NCBI RefSeq assembly: GCF_006345805.1 | Contig: NC_043000.1 | Coordinates: 133,176,001-133,240,000 of the forward strand | Reading direction: 5' to 3' | DNA length: 64,000 bases | Source of the DNA: Octopus sinensis | Lineage: Eukaryota | Shown here: piece after piece, positions 24,180 to 36,722 of the stretch | Layout: every line of letters starts with the position of its first letter | How positions within the stretch are numbered: the first letter of the stretch is position 1 | Notes under the pieces: generated by a model | What the model was told of the DNA's origin: nothing | The model's database searches: none | The model's input: only the letters and a program-made list of their open reading frames with translations | Position numbers and translations under genes: made by a program

Positions 24180-24905
24180 TGTTGTCATTTGAACATAAGA
24201 AGCATCAGATGTGGTGTGCAAGAGAGATGACTGTGCTAGTATGGTCATGTGTTGCATATGGATGAGGACAGCGAAAAAGAATCACACCCTAGCAGTAGAA
24301 GGAACCTGTGGAAGACCTGGGATGAGGCGGTGAAGCATGACCTTCGAACATTGGGCCTCACAGAGGCAATGACAAGTGACCAAGATCTTTGGAGATATGC
24401 TGTGCTTGAGAAGACGCAGCAAGCCAAGTGAGACCATAACCATGGCCTATGCCAGCGCAGTACAACTGGCCCATTTAAGAGTACCCTTCAATCATTGGGT
24501 AATAAACTGTGCTTGCAAAGACCTGTTGAGTCAAGTAAAGTCATTGTCGTAGCCAATGACATTACCGCCTGATTGGCACCCATGCCGGTGGCATGTAAAA
24601 AAGCACCATTCAAGCGTGATCATTGCCAGTGCTGCCTGACTGGTTCCTATGCCAGTGGCACATAAAAAGTACCATTCAAGCATGGTTGATGCCAGTACCG
24701 CCTGACTGGCCCTTGCACCGGTGGTACATAAAAAGCACCTACTACACTTGCGGAGTGGTTGGTGTTAGGAAGGGTATTCAGCTGTAAGAACTTTGCCAGA
24801 TCAGATTGTACCCTAGTGCAGCCTTCTGGCTTGCCAGCCCTCAGTCAAACCGACCAGTCCATGCCAGCATGAAAAGTGGATGTTAGGCAACAATGATGAT
24901 GATGA
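24180..24905 (+). mobile_element. RTE LINE 3' end: ORF C-terminus continuous with the family C sequence
   Basis: ...KTWDEAVKHDLRTLGLTEAMTSDQDLWRYAVLEKTQQAK* runs directly into family C subrepeats and the (GAT)n tail. Confidence 0.85.
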
Positions 24906-24918
24906 AAGTATATATATA

Positions 24919-25152
24919 CAGGGTTGGACAAAAGTTACCTAACAGTAAATCGAAATTCCATGAATACTATCTGTAATTCTGTATTGACTCGAATGGAAAA
25001 AATGTATCAGTCAAGAAGGACTTCAGTTTGAACAATTTTCATGATGTTTCATATTTAGATGCTTTTATTAAATTCATTCAGTAGTTAAACATAAATAAAT
25101 CTTGGAATTACATGTTTTTGATATACAATCAGGTGACTTTTGGCCAACCCTT
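24919..25152. mobile_element. Tc1/mariner-type MITE
   Basis: TA|CAGGGTTGGACAAAAGTTACCT...AGGTGACTTTTGGCCAACCCTT|TA. Confidence 0.8.
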
Positions 25153-26829
25153 TATATATATATATATATATTATATATATATATATATATATATGAACGG
25201 GAACATGAAACTCTGAGTAACAGCTTTTGTTATATTTCTGCTGCTTTTAAACAAAGCATATTACTCTACCTCTGGTATTTGAGTACTCTTTTTTCCACCT
25301 TGTTTCACATTTATGTGCTTACTTCGGAATATATATGTATATATATATATATACATACATACATATATATTGGTAATTTTAAAATTTGCATAAAAGACAA
25401 CTAACAACTAGTTTCAATACTATTGTACTCCTAAGCAGAGTGTAAATATGAACTTGAAATGGTTGATACAATCATTGATCCAATCAATATTCAAATGAAA
25501 CATTTTTTGATTTTATATATATAAATAGCATAGTTGTCACTCACAAGCAACTATAACTTAGCAATAAGTACTATGCATTAGTTGATTGTTTAAAGGACCA
25601 ATGTTGTAAGCAGGCATAGATACACTCTCAGTTCAAGAGTGCAAGTGGTCAGAGGGAAATAAGAGTAAAAGTAGACAACAGTGAAAAGGGATAGTCCGAT
25701 TGATTGTAAGAATAAGGAATGGATATTAACAGGAAGTGACTTAGGGAAGAGGGAGTAATGATTGGTAGTATAGAATATGTGATAATATTTAGTAATGAGT
25801 TTTGATTTCATTAATTAATGTAGCAGAACAATAGCCTAATACAATGCAAGGAAAAGAAGCGGGAAAGATTGAGAAGATATAAAAATAGCATGATTGATAG
25901 AAGCATGAGTGATAAAGGCACAGATGAGAAAAACATAGACAATGAGGTATGGGTGACTGTGGAATAGGTGACAGAAAAAAGATTAATGAAGTGTATGATA
26001 AGAGGGGGGGGTGATGGAGAGGTAAGCAATAGTTGTGACAGAGAGATGAAAGACGATCAAAGAAGCCAAAAGTGTAGACACAGTAGATAGAAGAGTGATG
26101 GAGGGATATGTAATAGGGAAACAAGGGAGGCCACTATCACTCATTCCTTTATCATCCGTTAGTCATTTATGCTTCTCACACTCTTGCCTCTATGACTCAT
26201 CTCGCAATCACTCCTTTTCTTTCTTTTACTTCCACTCTATTATGCTGTCAATGCAACTAACAATGACAATGAGTCTCTTCTGTTCACCATATATGACTTC
26301 CCGTGTAACTTGGGAGGTCACAGGATATATCTGTCTCTTTCTCCAACACCCAATCTCTCTCTTTCTCATCACCCTAGCTCCCTTGCCTAACAACAAGGCA
26401 TATACACAAAGGATCTCACCAGCTCCACATGTACCCCAACATTCTACCATTTCTCTTTACATACCCCAACCTATCTATTTGCCACTATTCCCTATCAACA
26501 TTTATGTTATGCATCTCTCTCTCACCCCTATTTTCTCTAGTGCTGGGGCCAAGATAAAGTACACCCAGAATACACAGTTAAGAATACGTCAAACAGCCCT
26601 TCTACTCTTGACAAATATATGAAAAGATTTTCTAGTGCTGGTGCCACTCTGTAAAGTGCTTGAAATCAGAATGGATATCAAGCTGTAGAAACCAATCCAA
26701 AAATGAATCTTACAAATGAGATGTGGTCCTCCAACCAGTCAGAAGAGCAACGACTCATCCAACATATGCCTGCATGAAAATAGATGAAAAATATAGATGG
26801 TATTTTACCCTTGCCAGGAAGCTTTGAAA

Positions 26830-27300
26830 AGGTCTTTAGTGAATTATTGCTAAAGCCTGCTTGTTATGCAACATCACAGTTCACACAGGAACAGTATGAT
26901 GGTTGTGTGTGAACTGCAGTGCTGTTTAGTAGTGAGATGTAAGCCTTAAATGCAGAGGATTTGCGAAGGTTAGAAAGGAATTAATCAGGTATGATTCACT
27001 GGATGTGTGGGTATGAATGACAGAATACAATTGATCCAAGAGAAAAATTGTGTATTGAAGGAATCAGAGAGAATGCACAAGAGAGAAGACTGCTGGGATG
27101 GTCATGAGATAAGTATGTAGAGTAACAACTGCATAAGGAAGCTAATGAAGCCTGAAGAAGAGGGAGACTGACAAAGATATGAGATGAAGTGGTGAAGACC
27201 GATCTCAAGATATTGCATCATTGCATCTCATGAAGATGACAAAGGACCATGTCGAATAGTAATATGCAGTGCTTCAGAAGACCTGATCATCTGTGAAAGC
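26830..27300 (+). mobile_element. Degraded RTE LINE C-terminal fragment
   Basis: AVLFSSEM.ALNAEDLRRLERN..GMIHWMC-like translation with stops. Confidence 0.6.
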
Positions 27301-28379
27301 TTGGTAAAACATGTAAAAATGTAAGAGGTAGTGGTGAGGGCTGAGATGTATACAGTATCTGTATCTACGTTTGGGCCTTTGTATATCTCAAGTCACCACC
27401 TGCTCTTTCTCTCTCTCTCTCTCGCTTCCCAGGTATCCCTGCTCAATATATCCTCCACTACCACATGTATTTCACTAGTTCTCTCTCTCTCTTCCCAAAT
27501 CATGATGCTTAAGTAATGAGGAATTGCATCAGTCCTTTGACATCCAATACAACTATTCTTTTTCTCCTATTTACGGCTGATCATCACTCCCATCTTTTCT
27601 GCCTCTCCTTTATTGACATCCAACACTCTCTTAGCAATAAAAAAATTACCTTTCTATGCAGTCACTTCCATTCCCTCTTTGATTGGTTATACTTTACTGA
27701 CATCTATCACATCTATCACATCTGTCTGTCTGTCTATCTATCTATCAGACTGTCTATTTGATGTAGGGACCTTAGTATCTCTCTTATCATGATGCCTGAG
27801 TAATGAAGGATTGCATTGGATCTAGTAATATCTGACAGCCCCAAATCTCTCTCTGCTATATGCAAACATGTAGCTACCATTCATGTTTATTCCACTCATG
27901 TTGCTTCTTTATTGACATCCATCACTCTCTTAGCATTGCTGTCTCACTATTCATCACTTGCACTCCACCTAACCAGCATTACTCTTCTATACTACTATCC
28001 ACTACTCCCCCTCGCTACACACTAACTATTGAAATCTATCACATTCATACTACCAACCATTCCTACGACTATGACTTGTCCATTCTTTCATTACCCTCAG
28101 CAGTTAGTCACTCATTTCTACGACTAACTTGTCCACTCACTCATTACCCTCAGTAGTTAGTCACTCGTTTCACCCTGCCATTATTGTTCCTCTTCAACAT
28201 ACTTTCAAGCACTATAACATCCCTGTGTACCCCACTCACACAATGTAACACCATCACTTTGTCTCCTCCAACATCTTCTCGCATCAGTCTCTCTTCCCAT
28301 CATCATTTATCATCTGCTGTCACCATCTGTCCTACCAAATCTATGAGTCACGTAACCCTGAACAGAAACCTCTTTCAGT

Positions 28380-28740
28380 GGTGAAGGTATTGTCTTGCAG
28401 AGTAAAGGGCAACCTCAAAAGTCCCCATAAGTACTGATAAAACAAGCGTACCGGGGTCACTCTCTAAAGAGACTAGCGAACGAGCATAGACAACGAAAGA
28501 TTGAAAGGACCCTGTGTTGGCGCCACGATAAAATACCGCCAGCACACTTTGTATAATGGTTGATGTTAGAAAGTACATTAAGCGTAGAAAGCATACCAAA
28601 ATAAAACGTTCGAGCAAAACGTGATACATAACACACGCATACGTCTAGAAGGGCAGAAACAAAAAAAATAAGAATTGAGATCATGACGACCAGTCTGACC
28701 CATGCCAGCCATCGACAGGAGATGTAAAATGATGCTGATG
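28380..28740. promoter_or_regulatory. Possible promoter / first non-coding exon (CpG-retaining unique sequence)
   Basis: Visibly CpG-rich relative to the flank at lower coordinates; minus-strand donor-like CCG|gtacgc near 28451; no direct proof. Confidence 0.25.
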
Positions 28741-28749
28741 TGTGTTCAT

Positions 28750-28792
28750 ATATATAAGTGTATGTATGTATATATATATGCGTGAGTGTGTG

Positions 28793-28830
<38 letters not shown>

Positions 28831-28851
28831 ATTCTACTACAAGCATCCTAT

Positions 28852-28888
<37 letters not shown>

Positions 28889-29048
28889 CTTCGACAAGCA
28901 TCCTGAAAGGTTGTTTTTTTCCCTATAAAATGAAGATATACATACATACGTACGTATATGTATGTATGTACGTGTGTTATAAATATATGAATAAATGTAA
29001 ATAAGTGCGTGTGAGTGTATTTACATGTATATATATATATATACATGC

Positions 29049-29080
<32 letters not shown>

Positions 29081-29117
29081 TCAGGCATATGCATATATAT
29101 ACACACACATATACACA

Positions 29118-29187
<70 letters not shown>

Positions 29188-29221
29188 TGTGTATATGTGT
29201 GTGTATATGTATGCATATGCC

Positions 29222-29259
<38 letters not shown>

Positions 29260-29280
29260 ATGCTTGTAGTAGAATCGGAC
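28750..29280. repeat. (TA)n/(CA)n block with fold-back symmetry
   Basis: 40-bp arms 29081-29120 / 29185-29224 around an (AT)n tract; 19-bp inverted repeat 28830-28848 / 29258-29276. Confidence 0.85.
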
Positions 29281-29761
29281 TTCTGGAAATGAATCAACCG
29301 CGTTAATTCAGCAAGATAAACTCATTTATACACGTACATACAGACAGACATGTAAACATGACAGACACAATAACAATCACGCAATTATATAACTTTTAAT
29401 TTTATGCTTCCTTTTTCTTTCAATGAAGATACCATGTAAACAAGCCCACGAAGTCTGTCTGATTTTTGTTATTGTTTGTTATGCTGTGTGTGTGTGTGTG
29501 TGTACAAATGAAAAATCAGTAACTGAATAAAACTACTACTTACCTTAAGTTCAAGTTTTTAATTAATTGTATTTTCATCTATAACATGTATGAATATAAA
29601 AAATAGATGTATCTACATAGGTATATATTAGTTGTATTTATACACCATGTATAATTCCAGGTTGGGGAAATCTTTTGTCCTCGTGGCTGTTATTTTGGTT
29701 CAACAACGTAGCTGCTTGTAATATATATATATGTGTGTATGAGTGGTTGTGATGTTGTTTG

Positions 29762-29868
29762 TATATATATAGGTGTATGTGTGTGTCTACGTAGATATAT
29801 ATATAGGTGTATGTGTGTGTCTACGTAGATATATATAGGTGTATGTGTGTGTATGTCTACGTAGATAG
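29762..29868. repeat. Minisatellite, 3 x ~35 bp (ATATATAGGTGTATGTGTGTGTCTACGTAG)
   Basis: Direct reading. Confidence 0.85.
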
Positions 29869-31701
29869 CTGTACGTAAATGTTTATGTTTGTATGTTTCG
29901 TTGGTGTTTATAGTGAGGAGGAGATCTGTGTGCGTGAGAGTTTCTTTCAGTCGATCGTGGATGATTGAGGGCGTGTTATAATAGGAAATCTCTCTCAGAG
30001 AGACTTGTAACTACGGCTGACCAAAGAGTGATCCGCATTGTTACAGATATCACCAACGATTACGTTCGCTCTAAGTACATAAACACCCACCCTTCTTACT
30101 TCGCGGATTTTTATGTAAAAAAACAAAAAAAAAACAAAGGAAAGACAACAGCAAAACAAAAACAAAACAAACACGTTTTACAGAAAGAGGTACATGTACA
30201 ATTTGGAAACATATTTCACAACGTACACATATTCATGCTGGCGTACGTGCGCTCACACATGTATCCATCCATACAGCAGAATACACACTCATACATAGTT
30301 AACACCCAACTAACACCGTTACAATAATATCAACATTAATCCAACAAACCCGATACTAGTTGCAGTGATGATGGTATTGGTTATTGTTGTTGTTATTGTG
30401 TGTGTACGTGTGCGTATGTGTGAGTGTGTGTATGTGTGAGTAATGTTATTGTTGTGGTGGTGGCGGCGGTGGTGGCAGGGACGATGCGACGACCGTCTGA
30501 GTTGTTTTCGTGATGATTAAAACGAGTGTTTAACAGTTACGATGGTGATTGTGATAAAAATAAAGGAATTAAAAAATAAAGCTGGTAGTCGTGTTTTTAT
30601 TGAAATAAAAGAGGCAGAGGGGGGGTGGGGAATTGAGAAAGAAAAAAGATAAACACAAAGAGAGAAGAAATGACAGAATAGGAAAGGTTAGGGGGTGAGA
30701 TTCGAGAATGAAAACAAGACTCTTAGAGAAAAGTGAATGGATAGAAGTAAAAATCTGCATTATTGAAGAAATAGGTGACGTTGATGTCTGACAACTAAAT
30801 ATTCATCCACGCAGATGTTAGACAAGGCATTAATATATTTCTTTGATTTCATCAAATTCAACTAAATTTGATATATACAAATAAAAGTTGCGAAAGCAAC
30901 AAAAGCAGTTATAGCAATTAAAGTAGTATATATTTTATAACTATAACACACTGGTACAGACACAATTTATATACAGTATTTTTTTTTTTTATATAAATTA
31001 CATGGAATAACAGGATAACGTGGGCAAATATAAACACGTGTTTCTATACATACATTAACCCATTAATGGTTTGGCTAAAAAGCGGGTCTAGAGAAGAAAG
31101 TTCCAACATCTGGTTATGCGTACCCAAATGCCCCAGTAATGTTTACTAAAACAGCAAGTTACTTTTAAAGGAACTAAACACAAATTTCTGCATAGACAAT
31201 ATATCTGTTAAGTCTGATTCTTCATGCACAAGAGTAGAAAGTCAAGGATGTTTGAATTTTCCCTACCTATTGTTATCCCTCGGGCTCGGCAGCCCTTCTC
31301 CGATTCTGAATCGTTTTCTTGGGATCTAGTGTCTATATTTCGATTTTATTCTATGAGGTTAGGTTTTCTTACGATCTCAGTTCAAATTGTTGTTATTTAG
31401 ACCCCAAACGGTTCTGATTAAGCAGACCCTATGATCAACTTGTCTGTTACTCAGACATAATGTGTACAAAAACAGCATTATGCAATGTGCTTTCCCATAT
31501 TTTTAAGATCACGATGTGGTTTAAGAAAAATTCAGCTGCTATTTCTAACCGATCGAGTGACCATGCAGAGGTTCCATTGTGTTCAAATTGTTAAACGTCC
31601 ATCTGGATGATATTCGTGTGTGGAAAGAGAAAATGAAGTGATAAGAATGACTGAAGTAAGCGGTTGCTGGTTTAAGAATGGAGAAACTTGAGAGATAACT
31701 G

Positions 31702-31837
31702 GGCGGAGGTAAAGAATACGTACACCACCCGTTTTCGGCGTAACCTAAACCCTAACCCTAAACCCTTAACCCTAAGCCTGATCCCTCCACCCAACCTACA
31801 CCCTAAACACCGGGTGTGCGTATTCTTTACCTTCGCC
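31702..31837. mobile_element. 136-bp MITE with 8-bp TSD and internal telomere-like repeats
   Basis: TIRs GGCGGAGGTAAAGAATACGTACACC / reverse complement GGCGAAGGTAAAGAATACGCACACC; TSD GATAACTG at 31694-31701 and 31838-31845; four exact CCCTAA inside. Confidence 0.88.
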
Positions 31838-32446
31838 GATAACTGAACCCAAGTTACAAGAATAATGATCAGAGAGAAAAAGATAAATATAAAATGTTTT
31901 GTGCAGGGAAAAGAACGTAATCTCCTTTCGTTAATTTGGAGAGTTTAAGTCATCTGACACGATAAAGAACTGAAGTACTGAAGATAAAGTACTAAAGAAG
32001 TCTGTGTATTTCCAGCTTGTTTTAGTTAAGTGTTTTATTGATGTCATTCAAGTTGTGTTTTTAATTACAATTTTGTTTTACTTTATTAATTTTCTTGCTT
32101 TTTGGGGGTTTTTTTTCCAGAAGAACCATTGTTAATGTTTGTACTGCAGGAAGAGGTTCTATCTACTCTGGCTGTAGAATTGTAGAGAACTTAAAAACCC
32201 CATCCCCACCAGAGACGTACTCCAGGAATATTGTTCAACCGCCTCTGTTCCCTCTTTCAATAGCACCTCTATATTATTCAAGTAAAGTATCCACTTTTTT
32301 TTCCCTCATGCAGGTACGATCAAGTGATCCAGCCGTTTGACTCCTAATCTGGGGGTATCCATGAATGTCTTACTGACAGATTAACTTCAGGAAAAGGAAT
32401 GTTTGTCTTCTCTTTAATAAATTGCCTTTCAGAAGAAATGAGTTCA

Positions 32447-32848
32447 GCAAATTATTAACCATCTTACTAGCAATAACTCTGAGCACCTTTTCAAACTCCA
32501 CCTGTCTAAAACACCCGTGGACATGTTTACAAAGTCAGGAAACAGCACAGCTCCCATGACTTTCGGAAACATTTTTTCACACTAAGAGTTGCTGAAGCAT
32601 GGAACAAACTGCGGGCATCAGTTGTTAGTTGTCGGAGCACTGCATCCTTCAAAACTTCCATGCTTCCTGAGATTCGCCAACACTACACCTGATTTTCTCC
32701 CTTCCATACACACGCAAGCATGTATCTGACTCATACACTGTTCACTTCCCAGACATTTGTACATTATTGCATATGGTTTATATGCACTTTTGACAAGTTG
32801 TGGTGCACCTGAGAACTGTATACAATAATTTCATTATTATTATTTAAT
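32447..32848 (+). mobile_element. CR1-clade LINE 3' end
   Basis: With one frameshift reads KIINHLTSNNSEHLFKLHLSKT.GHVYKVRKQHSSHDFRKHFFTLRVAEAWNKL...SFKTSM, then a 3' UTR and (ATT)n tail. Confidence 0.8.
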
Positions 32849-33095
32849 ACAAGCTAATTTAACTGTGATTAATTACGTCGAGTTCCTTTGTCTATATTGG
32901 TTGGTACTTTATCTCCCCACAGTACGTATGTGCAGCAAAATGGATATCGTCAGCAAGACATATTCTTTCGTTAAATACAAACTCAATACATGTGATGAAA
33001 AAGGCAGACGTTTATTAAAAAACAACTTCAATAGCTACTAATCACAGTTGATAAATTTTAAAACCCTCTCCCTCTCTTGTTATATTGATATGAAT

Positions 33096-33474
33096 ATAGG
33101 CGCAGGAGTGGCTGTGTGGTAAGTAGCTTACTAACCAACCACATAGTTCCGGGTTCAGTCCCACTGCGTGGCATCTTGGGCAAGTGTCTTCTGCTATAGC
33201 CCCGGGCCGACCAATGCCTTGTGAGTGGATTTGGTAGACGGAAACTGAAAGAAGCCTGTCGTATATATGTGTCTGTGTTTGTCCCCCTAGCATTGCTTGA
33301 CAACCGATGCTGGTGTGTTTACGTCCCCGTCACTTAGCGGTTCGGCAAAAGAGACCGATAGAATAAGTACTGGGCTTACAAAGAATAAGTCCCGGGGTCG
33401 ATTTGCTCGACTAAAGGCGGTGCTCCAGCATGGCCGCAGTCAAATGACTGAAACAAGTAAAAGAGTAAAAGAGT
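33096..33474 (+). mobile_element. SINE family B, CpG-rich copy
   Basis: Full length, ataggcgcaggagtggctgtgtgg to aagagtaaaagag. Confidence 0.93.
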
Positions 33475-34179
33475 ATACCTTTTTCTCTGTATCACATTCA
33501 AGGTCGGAGTCGCAACAGAATCAAATATGCTAAATTGCATCTATACGCTAATCACGTATTAATATTAACTACTTGATGATTAAGTCTCCACCCATCTGTC
33601 GCTATCAATTGACTAACAAAACTCAATAAGCAACATTTTAGTACAATTTATCTTTTTTCTTTATTTTTTTCTAAATTTTTTGACAAGGATATATATATAT
33701 ATTAGCAGATATTACACAAATATTAAGAGATCTGAAAGAGATGCTGGTCATTAATGTTTTCATATTTATTTAATTTATCATTGAGTCTTGAGGAAGGGAC
33801 AGTGCCCTTGGCTTTTATAAGTTCTCTGCAACCAGTGAGCTTATATCAATGATCTGTTTATACGGTTGCAGGTTAATATCTACAAGAATGACATCAACTG
33901 GGAGAAGATTCCAGAGGGTTGATATACTGGGATGAAAGAACAGGACTGAGAAAAGTAGTTACTGTGAGGCTGAGGGAAGACTTTGGGTTGCAACAGGAGG
34001 GATGAGTGGGTTGTGGGTGCCTGAGTGGTGGAGGTATGAGATGCCACCCAACCCTGAAGCAGAAACCATTATAGTACAATAAAAAAAGACAGAAGGAAGA
34101 AACAATATCCCTGTAGGCCAGAGACCAAAATGTGTGTTAGTAAATTCCTACTAGCAATCCTTCAGTTATGACAATGTGG

Positions 34180-34760
34180 TGTGTAAAAGCACCCATTACA
34201 CTCATGGAGTGATTGGCATTAGGAAGGGCATCAAGCCATAGAAAACCATGCCAAATCAGACTGGAGCCAGGCACAGCTTTCCTGCATGCCAGTTTAGTCA
34301 AACTGTCCAACCCATACCAGCATGGACAATGGATGTTAAATGGTGATGATGTATATATATATGTGTGTGTGTGTGTATATATACTCTGCTAAGTGGCTGC
34401 TGTTAGGAAGGGCATCTAGCTGTTAAAATCTTGCCAATACAGTCATGGAAGTTTGCTACAGGCTTCTGCCCAGCTGGCTCCTGTCAAACCATCCCACCTA
34501 TGCCAGCATGGGAGGTGGATGTTAAACAATGATGATATATATAACATCATCATCATCACCACCACCACCATCATCATTATCTAATGTCCATGTTGGAACA
34601 GGTTAGATGGTTTGACAGGATCTGACAGCTTCAAAGACTACAGTATCTGTTTAGTATGGTTTCTACGGCTGGATGTGTCTTTCTAATACCAACCACTTTG
34701 CATTGTGTACTAGGTGCCTTTTTCATGCCAGCAGTGGTAAGATCACCATGCAGTTTGCAA
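34180..34760. mobile_element. Three decayed family C 3'-end fragments (two plus, one minus)
   Basis: ttaggaagggcatc...ccagcatgga...ttaaa-(GAT)n motifs at about 34180-34350, 34395-34540 and 34555-34760. Confidence 0.65.
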
Positions 34761-35409
34761 GACTTTGAACCTCAATTGGGAAGGAGTAACTTCATGCTAG
34801 AAGAATAAGGAGTAGTGAAGAGTAAAGTATAAGAAATAAGTCAGAGCAAAACAGGTTTCTTGCTGAAGAGAGCTACATGACTACCCACGTTTTAGAAGTG
34901 ATAGGGGTGGAGCTAGAAATTGGTGATGAAGCAACAGAGTGGACCTTCAAGGAACAAGGCGGTTAAAATTGGGTAGGCCAATGGTGCCAGAAATGTGTAG
35001 GAGTAGGGGATATATGGTGGGGTGTGGGGACAGCAGAATAAAGATAATGATACGGTAAACGGGTAGAAGAAAGAGGTGATATGTTGTTGGCTGGATTGTA
35101 GGTGTGGATGGAGAAAGAGAGAGAGAGAGGAGCACAATGTATGCAGAAGGTAGAATGTGAGGATGTAAGAGAATTTGGTAGCACAATGGGGGGTCAAATT
35201 TAATGGATGAACAATGGATAACAAGTGAAGGGTTCTGGGTAGTAAGAAATGTGATTATCACTGATGAACTGCAATTAAGAATGTGAAGTGTGGAGGGTAT
35301 CTTGACAAAGAGGAATTGCAGTTTGTGATGTAGTGGGTGATGGAAGTCTTGAGGAGTAGGGAATTTGGTGAAAAAAAATAAGAAAGGACTGAAAATGCAT
35401 TAAGTTTTT

Positions 35410-35546
35410 ATTGTTTCCCAACCACATGGTTCCGGGTTCAGTCCCACTGCGTGACAACTTGGGTAAGTGTTTTTTACTATAGCTTCAGGCTGACCAGAGC
35501 CTTGTGAGTGGATTTGGTAAATGGAAACTGAAAGAAGCCTGTTGTA

Positions 35547-35580
<34 letters not shown>

Positions 35581-35840
35581 TGTGTATAGACATCTGTGTG
35601 TGTGTGCGCATGCGTGTGTATACACATCTGTGTGTGTGTGTTTGTCCCCCCCTCCACCGCCGTTGCTTGACAACAAATGATGGTGTGTTTATGTCCCCGT
35701 AACCTAGTGGTTTGGCAAAAGAGACCAATAGAATAGGTACAAGACTTACAAAGAATAAGTCCTGGGGTCAATTTCTTTGACTAAAACCCATGGCCGCAGT
35801 CACATGACTGAAACAAGTAAGAGAATAAGAGAATAAAAGA
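35410..35840 (+). mobile_element. SINE family B variant, 5'-truncated
   Basis: ccaaccacatggttccgggttcagtccc...gactgaaacaagtaagag. Confidence 0.85.
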
Positions 35841-36051
35841 ATATTCATTTGTTTGAATAAAACAAGTTTTATTTTTTAACGTAGAAGGTAAATATTTTTA
35901 TCATATATTTATACATATGAAATTAAAAATGCAAAAATGTGTTTTCACATAACAAATGTTTTCATATAAAAAAAAACAAAAACATAAGTGTATGTTTTCA
36001 CAAGGTGAATTTTGCACATAACACAAAAGAGAGATAAAAATTTCATGTAAC

Positions 36052-36722
36052 TTAACCCTTTCAATACCAACCTGGCTGAAACTGCCTCTGGTTCTGTAGT
36101 ACAGATGCCTTGTTATTATAAGTTTTTAATTAAAATCTTTCACCAAACCTTAGTCACAATTTATGTTCCTAATGATAATTAAGTTATTTTATTAAATTCT
36201 TCGTTATATTTAAAATTAATTGAAAGAAACACAGAGCATCTCAAAATAAATATACTCTTTACTCTCTGTACTCTTTTACTTGTTTCAGTCATTTGACTGC
36301 GGCCATGCTGGAGCACCGCCTTTAATCGAGCAACTCAACCCTGGAACTTATTCTTTGTAAGCCCAGTACTTATTCTATCGGTCTCTTTTGCCGAACTGCT
36401 AAGTTACGGGGACATAAACACACCAGCATCGGTTGTCAAGCAATGCTAGGGAGACAAACACAGACACACAAACACACATGCACACACATATATATATACA
36501 TATATACAACGGGCTTCTTTCAGTTTCCATTTACCAAATCCACTCACAAGGCTTTGGTCGGCCCGAGGCTATAGTAGAAGACACTTTCCCAAGGTGCCAC
36601 GCAGTGGGACTGAACCCAGAACCATGTGGTTGGTAAGCAAGCTACTTACCACACAGCCACTCCTGCGCCTATGGTAACAATATGGTAACAATATCGTAAC
36701 AATATGGTAACAAAAGGGTTAA
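36052..36722. mobile_element. TTAA piggyBac-like MITE carrying a nested SINE B (36252-36672, minus)
   Basis: TTAA|CCCTTTCAATACC...GGTAACAAAAGGG|TTAA; 11-bp ATGGTAACAAT repeated four times at the SINE head junction. Confidence 0.8.

Noticed and set aside
31741-31810. Telomere or chromosome-fusion scar
   Set aside because: Short, degenerate and enclosed by TIRs and an 8-bp TSD, so it is MITE cargo.
32095-32340. 81-aa ORF with a nearby acceptor and donor
   Set aside because: No recognisable domain, no in-phase partner exons, and it lies next to a CR1 remnant.
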